DNA from: the human T2T-CHM13v2.0 reference genome, Homo sapiens
Strand: one strand, 5' to 3'
DNA: 64,000 nt
NCBI RefSeq assembly: GCF_009914755.1
Contig: NC_060942.1
In this document: piece by piece, positions 1 to 14,971 of the stretch
How positions within the stretch are numbered: position 1 is the first letter of the stretch
How the letters are laid out: each line of letters opens with the position of its first letter
Program-made: the position numbers and the translations under genes
The notes under the pieces: model-generated
Databases searched by the model: none
Seen by the model: only the letters and a program-made list of their open reading frames with translations
Told to the model about the DNA's origin: nothing

Positions 1-336
1 TTGAATTTCCATATAAATTTTAGGAATAGTTTGTCAATTTCTGCACAAAAAAAGGCAGCTGAGATTTTGACAAGGATTGTGTTGAATCTCTAGATGAATT
101 TAGCAAGTATTGCCATTTAAACAATACTGTCTTCCAATACATGAACATAAGATGTCCTTCTACTTAGATCTTCTTTAATTTTTCAACAATGTTTTATAGA
201 TTTAAAACACATATTTTTTACTTTTACATCTGCATATTTTATTCTTTTGTGGTATTGTAAATAAAATTGTTTTCTTAATTTCATTTTTGGATTGTTTAAT
301 ACTAGTATATAGAAATACAATTTTTTATATTGATAT

Positions 337-395
337 TATTCAGTTGGTGCAAACGTAATTGCAAAAACTCCAATTACGTTTGCACCAACCGAATA
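337..395. mobile_element. MADE1 (Hsmar1-derived MITE), internally deleted, inserted in the L1
   Basis: TATTCAGTTGGTGCAAACGTAATTG-caaaaactc-CAATTACGTTTGCACCAACCGAATA: 24/25-bp inverted arms resembling MADE1 TIRs, TA ends. Confidence 0.88.
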
Positions 396-886
396 TATAC
401 TAAAAGTTTGCTGAACTCATTTGTTAGTTCTAATTTTCTAGAGGATTCCTTAGGATTTTCTATATATGAGATTATGTCATTTGCAAGTAGAGATGGTTTT
501 ACTTCTTCCTTTCCAATCTGGGTGATTTTGTTTATTTTTATTGTCTAGTTGCCCAGGCTAGAATCTCTCCACTACAACCTTTAATAGAACGGCAAGAGTG
601 GACGTCCTTGTCTTTTTCCAGATCTTAGTGGGAAAGCATACAGTCTTTCACCGTTAAATATAATGTTACTTCTAAGCTTTTTATGAATATTCTTTATGAG
701 ACTGAGGAAGTTCCCTTCCATTCCTAGTTTGTTTAGTATTTTTATCATGAAAGGGTTTTGGATTTTGTTCAATAACCTTCTGCATCAAACAAAGTGATAA
801 TGTATTTTTGTCCTTTATCCTATTGATACGGTATAATACATTAACTGATTTTCAGTTGTTAAACAGACCTTCCTTTCGTAGGATAA

Positions 887-1242
<356 letters not shown>

Positions 1243-3326
1243 TTGCTGAGGGTTTTTTGTGTCTATATTTAGTAAAAATACCAGTTTGAGGTTTTTTTCT
1301 GTGTGATGTCTTTGTCTGGTTTTTGGTATCAGGGTAATATTGGCCTCATAGAATGAGTTGGGAAGATTTCCCTCCTCTATTTTTTGAAAAAGTTTGTAAA
1401 GAATTGGTATTAATTCTTCTCTAAATGTTTAACAGAATTCACTAGTAAAGCCATCTGGTCCTGGGCTTTTCTTTGTGGGAATATTTTCAATTACTTGTTT
1501 AGCCTCATTACCTGTTATAGTTTGATATTATCAGATTGTCTATTTTTTCTTAAGTTATTTTTGGTAGTTTGTATCATTCTAAGAATATGTACATTTCATC
1601 TAAGTTATCTAATTTGTTAACATACAATTGGTTGTAGTATTCCCTTATAATCCATTTTATTTCTTTAAGGTTGGTAGTGATATTTCCTATTTCTTTTCTG
1701 ATTTAGTAATTTGAGTCTTCTGTTTTTCTTGCTCAGTCTAGATAGAGCTTTGTTAATTTTGTTGACAATTTCAAGGAACCCAATTTTTTGTTTCATTGCT
1801 TCTCTCACTGATTTTTCAATTATTTATTTATCTCTGCTCTACGTCTTTATTTTCCATCTTTCTGCTAGCTTTGGATTTGGTCTGCTCTTCTTTTTCTACT
1901 TCCTTAAGATAAAAAGTTACATTACTGATTTGAGATCTTTCTTTTTTTGTAATATGGGTATTTAAAGTTATAAATTTTCCTCTAAGCACTGCTTCAGCTT
2001 CATCCCATAACTTTTGGTAGATTGTGTTTCTATTTATCTCAAAATAGTTCCTAATTTTCATTGGTTATTTAGGAGTGTGTTGTTTAATTTCCACATATTT
2101 GTGAATTTCCCAAATTTCTTTCTGTTATTAGTTTCTAATTCCATTCCTCTGTGTTCAGAAAACATAATCCATATGATTTCATTTCTTTTTATTGTTTTTA
2201 GTTTTTTATGGCCTAGCATGTGGTATGTATATTGAAAAATGTTCTATGCACAATTGAGAAAAATGTATATTCTGCTGTTGTTGCGTAAAGTGCTCTATAG
2301 AGGCCTATTAAATATAGCTGGTTTCTGATGTTCAACTATTTTATGTCATTAATGATCTTCTTCATAGTGGTACTATTATTGTTGAATTATCCATTTCTTC
2401 CTTCAATTATGTCCGTTTTAGCTTGACATAGCTTTAAACTCTGTTCTTAGGGACACACAGACAGACACACACACAAACACACATATATATATACATGTAT
2501 CTTTCTGATAATCTGACTCTTTTATCATTATAAAATGCCCATCTATAGCTCTAGTAACATTTTTTTGTTTTAAAATATGTTTTATCTGATGTTAGTATTG
2601 CTACTTCAGCTTTCTTGTGGTTACTATTTGCATGGTAGATATATTTCTCTTTTTTTTACTTCCAACATATTTGTATTTTGTGTCTAAAGTGTGATTTCTG
2701 CACACAGCATATAGTTGGATCTTGTTTTATATCCAGTTTGCCAATCTCTACTTGTTTCTATTGTTTAATTTATTCAGATTGAATGTTATTACTGATATGG
2801 TTGAATTTACACTGCTATTTGACTTTTTGTTTTCTATAGGTTTCTCTCGAGTCTTTTTATTCTCCTCTTCCTCCTTTACTCCTTTTCTTTACGTTAAACA
2901 AATACTGCCTTGTGTAACACTTTAAATTTTTAGTGACTTTTTAAATACTTTTTTATTTTTATTTTTTGTTCTTCCTCTAGGACTTATCACATACATCTTA
3001 AGTTTTCAGAATCTACTTCGGATTTATACTAACTTAATTTCAGTGACATATAAAAATGTTATTTCTTTATAGCGCTATTTCCTCTTCCCCTTTTTTGTAC
3101 AACTGTTGTTATATATATTATATTTATATATGTTATAAACCCAAGAATATATTGTTACATTATAACGTTATATAATCTTATGTCTTTTAAAGAAGCTGAG
3201 CAAATAAATGAGACTATTTATTTATAAAGTTTATTATATTAACCTTCTTATTTACCATTTCTTTTCATTTGTTCCCACGATTTCAGTAACCATCTGGTGT
3301 CATTTTACACCAATACAACTTTGCTT

Positions 3327-3485
3327 AGCTGAGTATGGTGGTGCCCATCTGTAGTCCTAGCTACTCAGGAGGCTGGGGAAGGAGGATCACTTGAGCCCAG
3401 GAATTCAAGGTTGCAGTGATCTATGATCGTGCCATTACACTCCAGCCTGGGTGACAGAGCAAGACTCTGTCTCTAAAAAAAAAAA
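3327..3485 (+). mobile_element. Alu right monomer (FRAM/AluJ fragment)
   Basis: GGTGGTGCCCATCTGTAGTCCTAGCTACTCAGG...GCAAGACTCTGTCTC followed by A-tail. Confidence 0.88.
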
Positions 3486-4619
3486 TTAAGAATAGACAAA
3501 TAAATAATTTAAAGTAATCATTTTGCTCTTTTGTGTACCCATCTGCTTTGTGCTATTATTGTCAAATAAATTACATCTTTCTATGCTATAGGTCCATAAA
3601 TACAGATCAAGGTGGGGGTGTGGGAGAGAGAGAAAGAGAGAAGATATAAGTGTTTTTAAATTATTAAGTGAAGGAAGGTAAAGTTGAGTATACTCACAGT
3701 AATCCAAAGATGAGAGTGATTTTAGCAGGATTCTGTTTGTCTCACTCCTTCATCTCTCTTTTAGTTTCCTAACAGTCTGCCTCTATCGGTATCTCACTCA
3801 GCTGTTTGGCTACATGAATTGCCAGCTGATTGCCTTATTGTTTTCAGCAATGCTCTGGGCCATAAATTGCTCCACAGCCTAATCCAATTAAATTTGAACC
3901 CCTTTGCAAAGACAGTCTTTGAGGCTTGTTTCAATCCCAGGAAAGGCTTTTGTTAGCTATCTCTTTCCCTAATTCTTTCTGTTCTGTGGTTTAGCTTATT
4001 GCTATCATGAAGCTACCAGCCTCCTCATAATTGCTTACTACCAAAATCTCCATTGATTTTGATAGCAGCCTTGGACTTCAACTTTACCACACTTTGTTCC
4101 AAATAAAATCAGTGCCCTTAGGGAGACCTATGGAGTTCTCTATTCTCACAGCCTGCCTGTCCCCCTGGGAAAAACCTCTGTTTCACTGCTCTAGAGCTGA
4201 GGGAAGGAAGAAAGGCCTGCTTCTGTTGGAGTGATATCCCTGTTTTATGTGTGGGGCATTGGGAGGAGGTGGTAGCCCTGATCTTTTTTTGTCTTCTCTT
4301 CTGGCATGGAAACAAGACTATAAAAGTGAGTTAAAGTGAAAACCACTGGGCCCAATATTCTTGGTCTGCCCATAATAGAGCTTCTGCAACATGGAGCTGG
4401 GGAGTGAGGAATAAGAAATTCTAGCAGCTTGCTTCTCCAGGAAGAAACTGTAGCCCTAGACTGGAGCTTGGGAGAGTAGAAGCTCTTTGTTCTTGCCCAC
4501 TCCCACCTACAGCAGAGCTTCCATCACACTGAGATGGAGTTTGTTGTAAGTAGGTGGTGGAATTCTGCATAAATGTCACAGACTCTTACTATTCTTATAG
4601 AGACTTAGTAAATTTTCTT

Positions 4620-4840
4620 TCTTTATTATTATTATTATTATTTTGAGATGGAGTCTCGCTCTGTCCTCCATGCTGGAATGCAGTGGTGCAGTCTCGGCTC
4701 ATTGCAACCTCTGCCTCCTGGGTTCAAGCAATTCTCCTGCCTCAGCCTCCCTTGTAGGTGTGACTTACAGGCACCCTGTTGGCCAGGCTGGTCTCGAACT
4801 CCTGGCCTCAGGTGATCCACCCACCTCAGCCTCCCAAAGC
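4620..4840 (-). mobile_element. Alu, 5'-truncated with central deletion
   Basis: Alu sequence lacking the linker region; 18-bp TSD GACTTAGTAAATTTTCTT on both sides. Confidence 0.92.
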
Positions 4841-4954
4841 GACTTAGTAAATTTTCTTAAATATGTTTTCGCATTTGCGTATGCCCTTAGGACAATTTCC
4901 AGAAGCCTTAAATGGTGTTTTCAAAATGTTTACCAGTTAGAATTGGTTAGCTGA

Positions 4955-5248
<294 letters not shown>

Positions 5249-5615
5249 ATTGGTTAGCTGAGGAGAGGATCAGTGAAGCTCGTCCTACCACCATTCTAGA
5301 AGTTTCCCTTCTATATTTCTTTAAAAGATAAAATTTGCCTAAGGCTAGGAGCCAGGAAACCAGAAGACTCAAAGAGGAACCTAAGGTTGGAATCCACAAA
5401 GACTGGCCTGCAGGGCGGTGAAGACTGTGCACTCTGCTTGCCAAGCCATGTGCCCATGTAGCTGTGTTAATCTAGAAGAAATGGCACATTTTTCTAATGT
5501 GCTCAGGAAGAGGGGCACCGCTTTCTAATTCACACAAAGGCACCAATGTACTTGCACAGCCCCAGAAGCCACAGAGACTCCAGTTGATGGGTTATGTAGG
5601 ATGAGTCAACCATCC

Positions 5616-5800
5616 AGAGCGGTGATTCCCAATTTTGGCTGCTCATTAGGATCACCTGGGGAGCTGCTGAAAAATACCAATGTGAGGGTCCCTCCTAGAC
5701 CAATTAAATCACACTCTCTTGGGATGGGGCCCAGCCATCAGTATTTTTAATGGCCCCTCAGAGGATGCTAATGTACAGTCAGGATTGAGAACCACTGATC
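5616..5800. mobile_element. MER5-type hAT-Charlie DNA transposon
   Basis: GATCACCTGGGGAGCT...CAGGATTGAGAACCACTG, typical MER5A/B internal and terminal motifs. Confidence 0.75.
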
Positions 5801-6961
5801 TAGAGCAGGGAGCCAGGGGAATGGGATTCTTTGAACCTAAATACCTCAAGAGGATATCAGCTGACAATGGAGTTCCCATGCTGGCAGCTGTAAAATGTTG
5901 TAAAAGTAAATAGTGACTAAAATTGGCAGAGCGAAGTAAGTCAAATTTACAGTAAGTAGTTTCTTTCCTGAAAGAAATTGCTGAAGTTGTCCCCAAGTAA
6001 TAAGAAAAACAGACAATGACACTGTAAACATAGTTTCCAAACACCCCCACTGCCAGTCCTCACTGATACGGCTCACCCAAGCCTGGTCAATTGTCTCCTT
6101 GTGTCATGATGATGCTATGGTGGCAGGCCCTGCCCACTCATTTGGCCACACTCTACTCCATGCTATTCTTGGCATGGATAGGACTAGAGGCTGTCTTGAC
6201 AGAGACATTAATTCCCAAAAGCCAGAGAACATAATGCCTTCAATCCCAGGGACAGGCTATTGTCCTTTAACAAGGGGACTCTACTTAGTCCTAGAATGTT
6301 CTGCCCAAAACATAGAAATAGAAGCAATATTTCTATTACATAGAAAGGAATCATTAGTCTAAAAAAAATTGGTAATGAGAGAATTTATAAAATGTTATGG
6401 AAATTCTCTGGGTCATTTGCCCACCCCTTTCTTGTCTTGGATGCTCTGGCTTGTAGGAAGTCCCCTGTGTGCTCCATAAATGCTGTTTTGTTCCCTTCCT
6501 TCCTTCTTCCAGAGACCCCCTTACTCACTCAAAAGCACCATAGCACAGTAAAATTTGAAAGGTTGGTAGAGATCTTCTAAATGAGTGAAGGCATACACAT
6601 GGCTTATGTGACCCACTTCCTCATCCTTTGCTACCTACAAATATCTGTGATTGATTCACAGTACTCTTTCCTGGGAACCCAGGCAGCCTCTCTAGAATTG
6701 AAACATGAGTAGAAACTTCTTTGCCATCTCTGAATCAAACTAAAATAACTTGGTACAGTAAGATGAGTTTGACCAAGAATCAGACTTAGATTGAAAATTT
6801 AGCCTAGCTACTTTAAGCTGTTGACTTTAATAAGTTGCTCCATCTCTCTGAGTCACATCAGCTAAATGGGAGAACTAATGCCTACCTGGGTTATTGGATT
6901 AAATAATCTCAATGGTCCACCTCACACTGTATCTATCGGGTACTCATACTTCTCTTGCTCC

Positions 6962-7510
6962 TATAGGGGAGGAAAACAAAACTCTTCCTCTACACTCCTA
7001 GGTTCTCTGATTAGCGACCTGAAAATTTAATGGACAAAAGAGAGATAAACAAGAGGAAAACAAATAGAGAGTGTTAACATGTGCAATGCATATACATGCG
7101 GGAGAAACTCAGAGATGAGTAATTCAAATGGAGGGATAGAATTTGGGGGCTTGTATAGCATCTTCACAAAGAACAATAAATTTGTAGAGAAGGATAAAGG
7201 GTTTAGACTTTTAGGGGCAGCAAGCTGTGGGAAGGTAAATATATGGGGAAAATAAGGGTTATTTCAGTAAGTTTTGTTATGTAAATTCTTCTAAGTGCTG
7301 TCCCAGGGCTCATAAGTCTAGAGTTATCTCCAGTGCCAACGAAGAATCTAAGCCTGCTGATAGGCAAATGGGAGGAAGGCAGAGAGCTTTATTCATTCAG
7401 TCATTCATTCACTTATTTTTGGCATCTGCTGTTTCTCAGTTTTCTTCAGCTCAAAATAATCTTCATGCCAAAGTGGCATACTTTAAGGTAACATATTCTG
7501 ATCCCCTACA
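6962..7510 (-). mobile_element. ERV1 solo LTR (MER31/MER34 group)
   Basis: Reverse strand starts TGTAGGGGATCAGAATATGTTACC...GCCACTTTGGCATGAAGATTATTTTGAGCTGAAG; about 550 bp. Confidence 0.7.
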
Positions 7511-7525
7511 CTCAACATCCCAAAG

Positions 7526-7572
7526 CACACACATACACATACACAAACACACACACACACACACACACACAC
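7526..7572. repeat. (CA)n microsatellite, imperfect
   Basis: Seen directly. Confidence 0.95.
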
Positions 7573-7724
7573 TTCACAAGAAAGGAAAACAAGCCTTCAG
7601 TGATAAAATGACTTGCTAGTTAGTGACACCTTAGTCAGTGGCAGAATTACAAGAACTAAATAAACCTGATTAATGAATAATAACAACCTCAACTCAGGAC
7701 AAATGGCTTTTAAGTGTTACCTAG

Positions 7725-8095
7725 CGTATTAGTCCGTTCTCACGCTGCTGTAAGGACAGACCTGAGACTGGGTCATTTATAAAGGAAAGAGGTTTAATGA
7801 TTTACAGTTCCCACAGGGCTGGGGAGGCCTCAGGAAACTTACAATCATGGCAGAAGGGGAATCAAATACATCCTTCTTAACATGGCGGCAGCAAGGAGAA
7901 GCGTAGAGTGAAGTGGGAGAAAAGCCCCTTATAAATCAGATCTCCAGACAATTCACTCACTATCACAAGAACAGCACGGAGGTAACCGTCCCCATGATTC
8001 AATTACCTCCCACTGGGTCCCTCCCACGACATGTGGGGATTATGGGAACTACAATTCCAGATGAGATTTGGATGGGGACACAGCAAACCACATCA
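7725..8095 (-). mobile_element. THE1 (MaLR) solo LTR
   Basis: GTATTAGTCCGTTCTCACGCTGCT...ATGAGATTTGGATGGGGACACAGCAAACCACATCA; 5-bp TSD CCTAG. Confidence 0.93.
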
Positions 8096-9183
8096 CCTAG
8101 ATTGATCTAACTGAAAATATACTCTGCCAGAATTTCCTTATCATTTTAAATGCTTGATGTATCCCACACAACTTCCCACTCAGAGAAATACTAGCAGCCA
8201 TTGCACAGGAAGAGTCTGGACATGCAGACTTCACTTCTGCAATACAAAAAAAAAGCACTGGATTGCTGGGCCTGGTGATGAAGCTTCTTGGGAGGAAGGT
8301 GGTGCTCTTTAAGCAATTTAAAAAGACATTTCTTTCAGTGGCTTTGGTCAAGGCTTCTCTCTTAGCTCTCAGAATGCCTGGCTCATAAAGAAGAGCCCCA
8401 GGAATTCTAAAGTCATTGGGAGCCTGTGCAGATCTGAGAACAGCCTTCCCACCCTCATCCCCTGCCTCACCCTGTGCATTTTTCCATCTCCCAAGCTCTC
8501 TTGTTTTCTGCACTTTTAAAACTTCTTTATATTTATTCTAGTAGTAGCCTGCCATGCAATAAAAGAATGAGGGAATCTCGTTAAAATTATATCAGAAGGA
8601 AAAAGATGGAGTAGAGCTTGAAATTCCTGCAATCTACACACAATAACCTAATCAACTAGAATACACAGGTTAAATGGAGTCCACCCTATGGTGAACCTAG
8701 AAGATTGAACTCCCTCCCGGGGAATTGCTACCTTCGGGGCACCTAGTGGTAGCCATATTAAAATGCAGGCATGAAAATACCTCACATTTTAGAGCACTTT
8801 TAACTTTCCTACTCACTTGCACAACTATTTAGTTTACTGACTTCGGTACAAAGGCCCAGGAAGGAGGAAAAGTTATTGCTATTATCCCATTTTGAGAGTT
8901 AAGGCAAAAGAGGCAGTGAGGTTTCTCTGAGGTCATCTCATTAGTGGTGGGATAAATCCAAGCCAAGAGTCCAGTCTTGCTTCTTCCCACATACCCACAT
9001 CTTCTCTTACTTAAAATGAACCCAGGCTGAAACATAGTCAGATGACTGACCTAACAACTGTACAATCATCTTTCTCTCCCTCAGCTTCTAGTTTGAATTT
9101 GACATGAGCCTGAGTAAGCAGGAGATCGCAGTGTTTACTCAGAACTAAAAGTGACATCTTATAAATCTGCCTTAGCCTGGAAC

Positions 9184-9628
9184 TGAAAAGGACCCAATAA
9201 TCCCACAGATAGTTTTTTGGATAAACATATAAATTGACCCTGCTGGTCTTAAAGCTTGAACCTTACATTTGTTGTATCTGTTTTTTCCTCAGGAAAGGAC
9301 CTTCAAGCCTGTCAAAAAAAAGTATCAAAGACCTGAAACTCACCAGATCACGGCATCCAGACAATGAGATGCTGGACCCCTCCTTCATCATCATCCTTCC
9401 TTGCCCCTCCCTAGCTCTTGTTTTCTTACACATCGTTTCATTTCCTCCCTCCTGTATGAAACCCTACTTTTAGTCGGTCAAGGAGAGGATTTGAGACTGA
9501 TCTCCCATCTCCTTGGCTGCAGCACCAAATTAAAGCCTTCATCCTTGGCAATACTGATCATCTCAGTCATTGGCTTTCTGGGTGGTGAGCAGCAGGACCT
9601 AGACTGAACCCCTGGTGTCTCAGTAACA
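9184..9628 (+). mobile_element. ERV1 solo LTR (family uncertain, LTR47-like)
   Basis: TG...CA termini (TGAAAAGGACC ... CTCAGTAACA), 4-bp TSD GAAC, ATTAAA in the 3' part. Confidence 0.75.
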
Positions 9629-10109
9629 GAACCACAGGAGTGGCAGGAGGATCAGAAGTCCATATGGACAGCAACGCTGACTGTCCGGAAGCAGGATAAA
9701 CACCCTGCTAAATGTGAACCTATTCCATACATTTACATGTCCTCTATGTAGAGAACAATATGTCCTGACTATAACTACATTAAGTCATAGTAGTTATAGT
9801 CAGGACATATTTTCTCAGTCAAAAGATATTAAAAGTTTAATATGTGAGGGCAGTGGGGAGATTGGCAAATTTTTTTAGCATTGAAAAAGGGCCCACAGAA
9901 GGTAAAAATCACAACTTCAGACTCTTTCTTGGCCGACTTCCACTCAAAATTCACCATTCCTGATTTCCATTCCTTCAGGGGCCTGATCTCTGCTTTAAAA
10001 TGATAGTAAGCTAATATGATAATATAATATGTATTAATAATTTAATGCTTACCCTTCCTAGGTAATATATGTGCATTTTTAACTGAGCTGTTTTAGACAA
10101 CACACTTAA

Positions 10110-10380
10110 ATCCAAAGCAAACTTTCTAACCCACATTTCTCTAGTGATGACCTGTCACCTGAGTCCCAGACCTATATATTCTCAGCTTACTAAACATTTC
10201 CATTCAAACCTGCCAGAGGAATTGAAACTCAATATGTCCAAAATTGATCCTCCACTTCTATCCTTCACCTCAGTCAGTGACATCACCAATCATTCACTTA
10301 AAGCCAGAGACCTGGGAGTTATTCTAGGTTCTTCACAACCCCACCCCAGCCAAGAGCTGATCCAATCTGTCTAACTCAGC
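10110..10380 (+). mobile_element. L2 fragment
   Basis: CCTGAGTCCCAGACCTATATA...AAACTCAATATGTCCAAAATTGA...AAGCCAGAGACCTGGGAGTTATTCT resembles the L2 3' region. Confidence 0.65.
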
Positions 10381-11147
10381 ATCTCCCAAATGGTGTTTTA
10401 TGAGCATCATGTCAATAGGCAAAATACTTTCCCTGATCAAACAAGTTTGGAAAACATTGGTTAGACAAAGTTAAACCTTTTTTATAGAACTAAGGGTTTC
10501 TAATATGTTGCCCTGAATTACAAATATCCAAAAAAGAAAATATACCACCTAATGTTCCAAACTCATTTGCCCAGGGAACTCTTATTTTCTTTGCAGAGTA
10601 TATTGCAGGATCTATGTATTACAGAACATACTTTGAGAAATGCCATGATCAGATATTTTTGAACCGTGTTTTATTATCACGCATTGTCTCATGCAATTTC
10701 TGTGTTGTAGATAAGTAGTGTTGTAACAGTGTACATATAAGAAACTGAAAGTCTCAGGCATTACACGACTTGAAAGCCAGAAATGTGAATGAAAATATTT
10801 TGTTACAAATATTTATTGAGAAATCCCAGTCAAAATATCACTGGGATTTGGGGGCACTTCATGAAGTGTGCTTATGCTTAAGAGTAGGAGAAAGTCCAAA
10901 AGAATCCTAAACAAACAGCTGGCAGGAGCGATGGCTGGAATGTGCTGTTAAGGGTGGGGTTTTGGGAAGGTGGTTCGAGGCTTATTTTCCACTGGTTTGT
11001 ATTGTTTGAATTTGTTATAGCAAGCTTATGTTATGTTTATAATTTATTTTCTTAAAACATCAATACAGAAAAAAAAATAATAAACAAATCAAATGCCTGG
11101 CTGGTGATAGTACTGTTTTAAAAATCCATCTGAAAGAACGAAAATGA

Positions 11148-12200
<1,053 letters not shown>

Positions 12201-12210
12201 AGATCATAAG

Positions 12211-12356
12211 GTTTTGTTTGTTTTTTTTTTTTTTAATTTTTTTAAGCGCTGGGGTCTTGCTATGTTGCCCAGGCTGGTCTTCAACTCCTGGGCTCAAGCA
12301 ATCCTCTGGCCTCCACTTCCCAAGTAGCTGAGAGTGCACACCACTGGGCCTAGCTA
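12211..12356 (-). mobile_element. Alu monomer (FLAM-like)
   Basis: T-tail followed by GGGGTCTTGCTATGTTGCCCAGGCTGGTCTTCAACTCCTGGGCTCAAGC. Confidence 0.85.
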
Positions 12357-14971
12357 CAGATTTTTAACAGCAGGACTATAAAGAAAATATTGAGAAAAAC
12401 CACTGAACAAGTCTTTCACATTTTATTTATAAAGATAAGGAAGAAACCTCAAGATACTGAAAACTCAGATACCTCAAAGGAACCAAGAATATAAATACTA
12501 CCCAGGCTGGAGTGAAGGTTTTTTCTTATAATCTTTACACTTAATCAGTATTTTGTCACGATGACATTGAGCCCTGGGTAGATCATTTGCCAGAAGCTCT
12601 CTGGTGAGGTTCTACTTTATAAATAATACTTTATAGGCACATAATCTTTAACCTTGAGATTAATAAGTATGCTTATTTGTTTGGTATGGAAAGTGTTATT
12701 CATTGTTTATTTAGCATATGAAAATGAATTTTAATTAATTCAACAAGTTAATATTTAACCCACTGATTTTTACTTTGCCGACGTTATTTTAAATAATTCA
12801 ACTAGGAAAAAAGGAAGAAAGGAAGGCAGAAAGAGAGGGGAGAGAGAGACAGAAAGTGTGTTCCAGTTTTCTTGGAGTTGGAAAACCACCACTTTTTCTC
12901 CTTGCATAAATTACAATGCAAGTAAAAAAAGAAATAGTAAGTATAGCCAAAACAATGTGAATCTCAACTTTTCCTCAACATGATTTAATACTGAAAATGA
13001 CAAAGAACATTGTATCAGTCAGGATTGCTTTTGGCTAAAAGCTATAGAAATGATAACATTGTCTAAGTAATAAATACATTTAATTACTTCAAATGACAAG
13101 AAGTCTGATAGGAAGTTCTAGGAATTGATTCAGCCTCTCGCAGATGTCAACTTGCGGAGTCAATATCTCTATGATTCTCTTGCAAAATTCACCTCTTAAA
13201 AAAAAAACCAAAGCAGTAGGGAAGCTTCTCCAGATGGGAAGTCCCGCAGATCCCCAAAAGCTCACTCATATGCCCCTTTTGCCCCCAGTGTACACATCAC
13301 TGGCAGCACCTGTCAGACTGTACTGTGATTTTTCAGTTTTCCTGACTGTCTTCTCCATCAGCAACAGTGAGGGCACTCCCATCTGATTTCTAGCACCAAA
13401 CACATGCCTGGTGTACGAGGAGGCCCTTAATAATTGCTCTTTGGATGTCAAATAATGGTAAGCAAGTGGAAAGAGTTAGGGGAGCCCAGGCACTTTGCAG
13501 CATCCTTTTGGTCCTGCTCAGAACCTTGCAACTAAGTGGTAGAAAACAAAGGGGAACAAAACGGTAAGGAAATTCTGAAACACCGCAAGACCAGGAAGAG
13601 TGCACAGAGACACGGTCATTGCCAGGCTGGGCCCAATGCAAATCCTGAAAACTTGAACCCAAAGATGCTCAAGCTGCCAGCGGAGGTCTGACCACAGACA
13701 AAACTGAATGTTGTGCCAAGGTAAGCCTCAGTGGACTTCATATCAGCGTCTGGCTTCCCTTTGACATATCCCAGGAAACATGTTAAAAATAAGGGCATCC
13801 TTCATTCTTCTCTTTCAAATCTCTCAGGACGGCCCCTCCCCAAATAAATTGGACTTTCTTTTTTTTTTTACTCTCCTTCTCCAAAACCAGCCCATGAGGA
13901 TCCTTTACTGACCTTTGAAAGAAATTCTCCCCCTCTTCATCTTTGTCCCTCAGGGGTATGCTTCTATCATAAAGACTTTACTCGTGATAGCTATAGCCCA
14001 GATTTCTGCCTTGGAAACACAAAAACCAGAGACCAGAGTCTACGGCAGATGGCGAGGGCTGCCAGAGTGAGAATTATGGAGAGAGAAACAAACATCAATG
14101 CAAAATTATCTTCTACCACATTTGTTATTCTGGTAGATCTGAGCATTCCTGCAAAAGAAACTTACTCTTCCTCTACATGTCCCCAGCAAACTGGGTCTCT
14201 GCCCCAAATTCAGTTTTTTGGAACAGTAACTCTCTAGCAAAATACTCCATGGTACGGTGGGTGCTAGCTTCCCCAGGCTCAAGTAGGGAAGCCCTTTTGC
14301 AGAGCCAGTTTCTTGCCTCAGTTATCTGGGGATGGCTTATCTAGGAGCCCGTCAGCTTCTCCTTTCTGCATTTACTGCCCCATCCACCAGAGGGAGTCTG
14401 GCACCAGACTAAAGTGAATTTTGTGCGAAGGTAAAATGGACACCCCGTCAGTGCCTGGCTTCAAGATGGTAGCCATGAAGGCAGCGAGTTCCCTTGTTCA
14501 GATCTCCAGTCTGCTCTCTTCCTCCTCAGTTGAGGCTGGGTGAGCACCTTATGCAGGAGGTGGAGAATTGTCACCTGATCTTCCATTCTCAGGAATCAAG
14601 AGACCACATGCTATGATCTGTCTCTCCTTTCCCAAGACCACCCCGATTCTACCTTAGTTTGGTCAGTGCCAGTGGCGGTGCTCTAGAATATGCCATGAAA
14701 AGTTCACTTTTTTCTTCCTACAAGAAAAGCAAAAGGAAGGAAATTTGTGTTTCCCTAAACTCTTGCAACGCTCTTCAAAACATTGTCCTTCTGAGCCTGG
14801 GCAGTGTTCCGCACACTCCTGCTTCAGTGTCTGTCTCTCCGACTCCAAGGCACAGTCCCCCACCCTCAGCAAGTGCCCTAGGCCACTGCAGCAAGGTGTG
14901 TGCCTGTTTGAGTGTCAGGCCAGCTGGGGCAAGCGAGATTCCACCTGCACATCCGAAATGTCTGAGGAGAG

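Noticed and set aside
10821-10849. 10-bp stem hairpin AAATCCCAGT...ACTGGGATTT
   Set aside because: Short enough to occur by chance.
13626-13720. Possible exon with strong donor AAG|GTAAGC
   Set aside because: Weak acceptor; isolated splice-like motifs are expected by chance in 64 kb.
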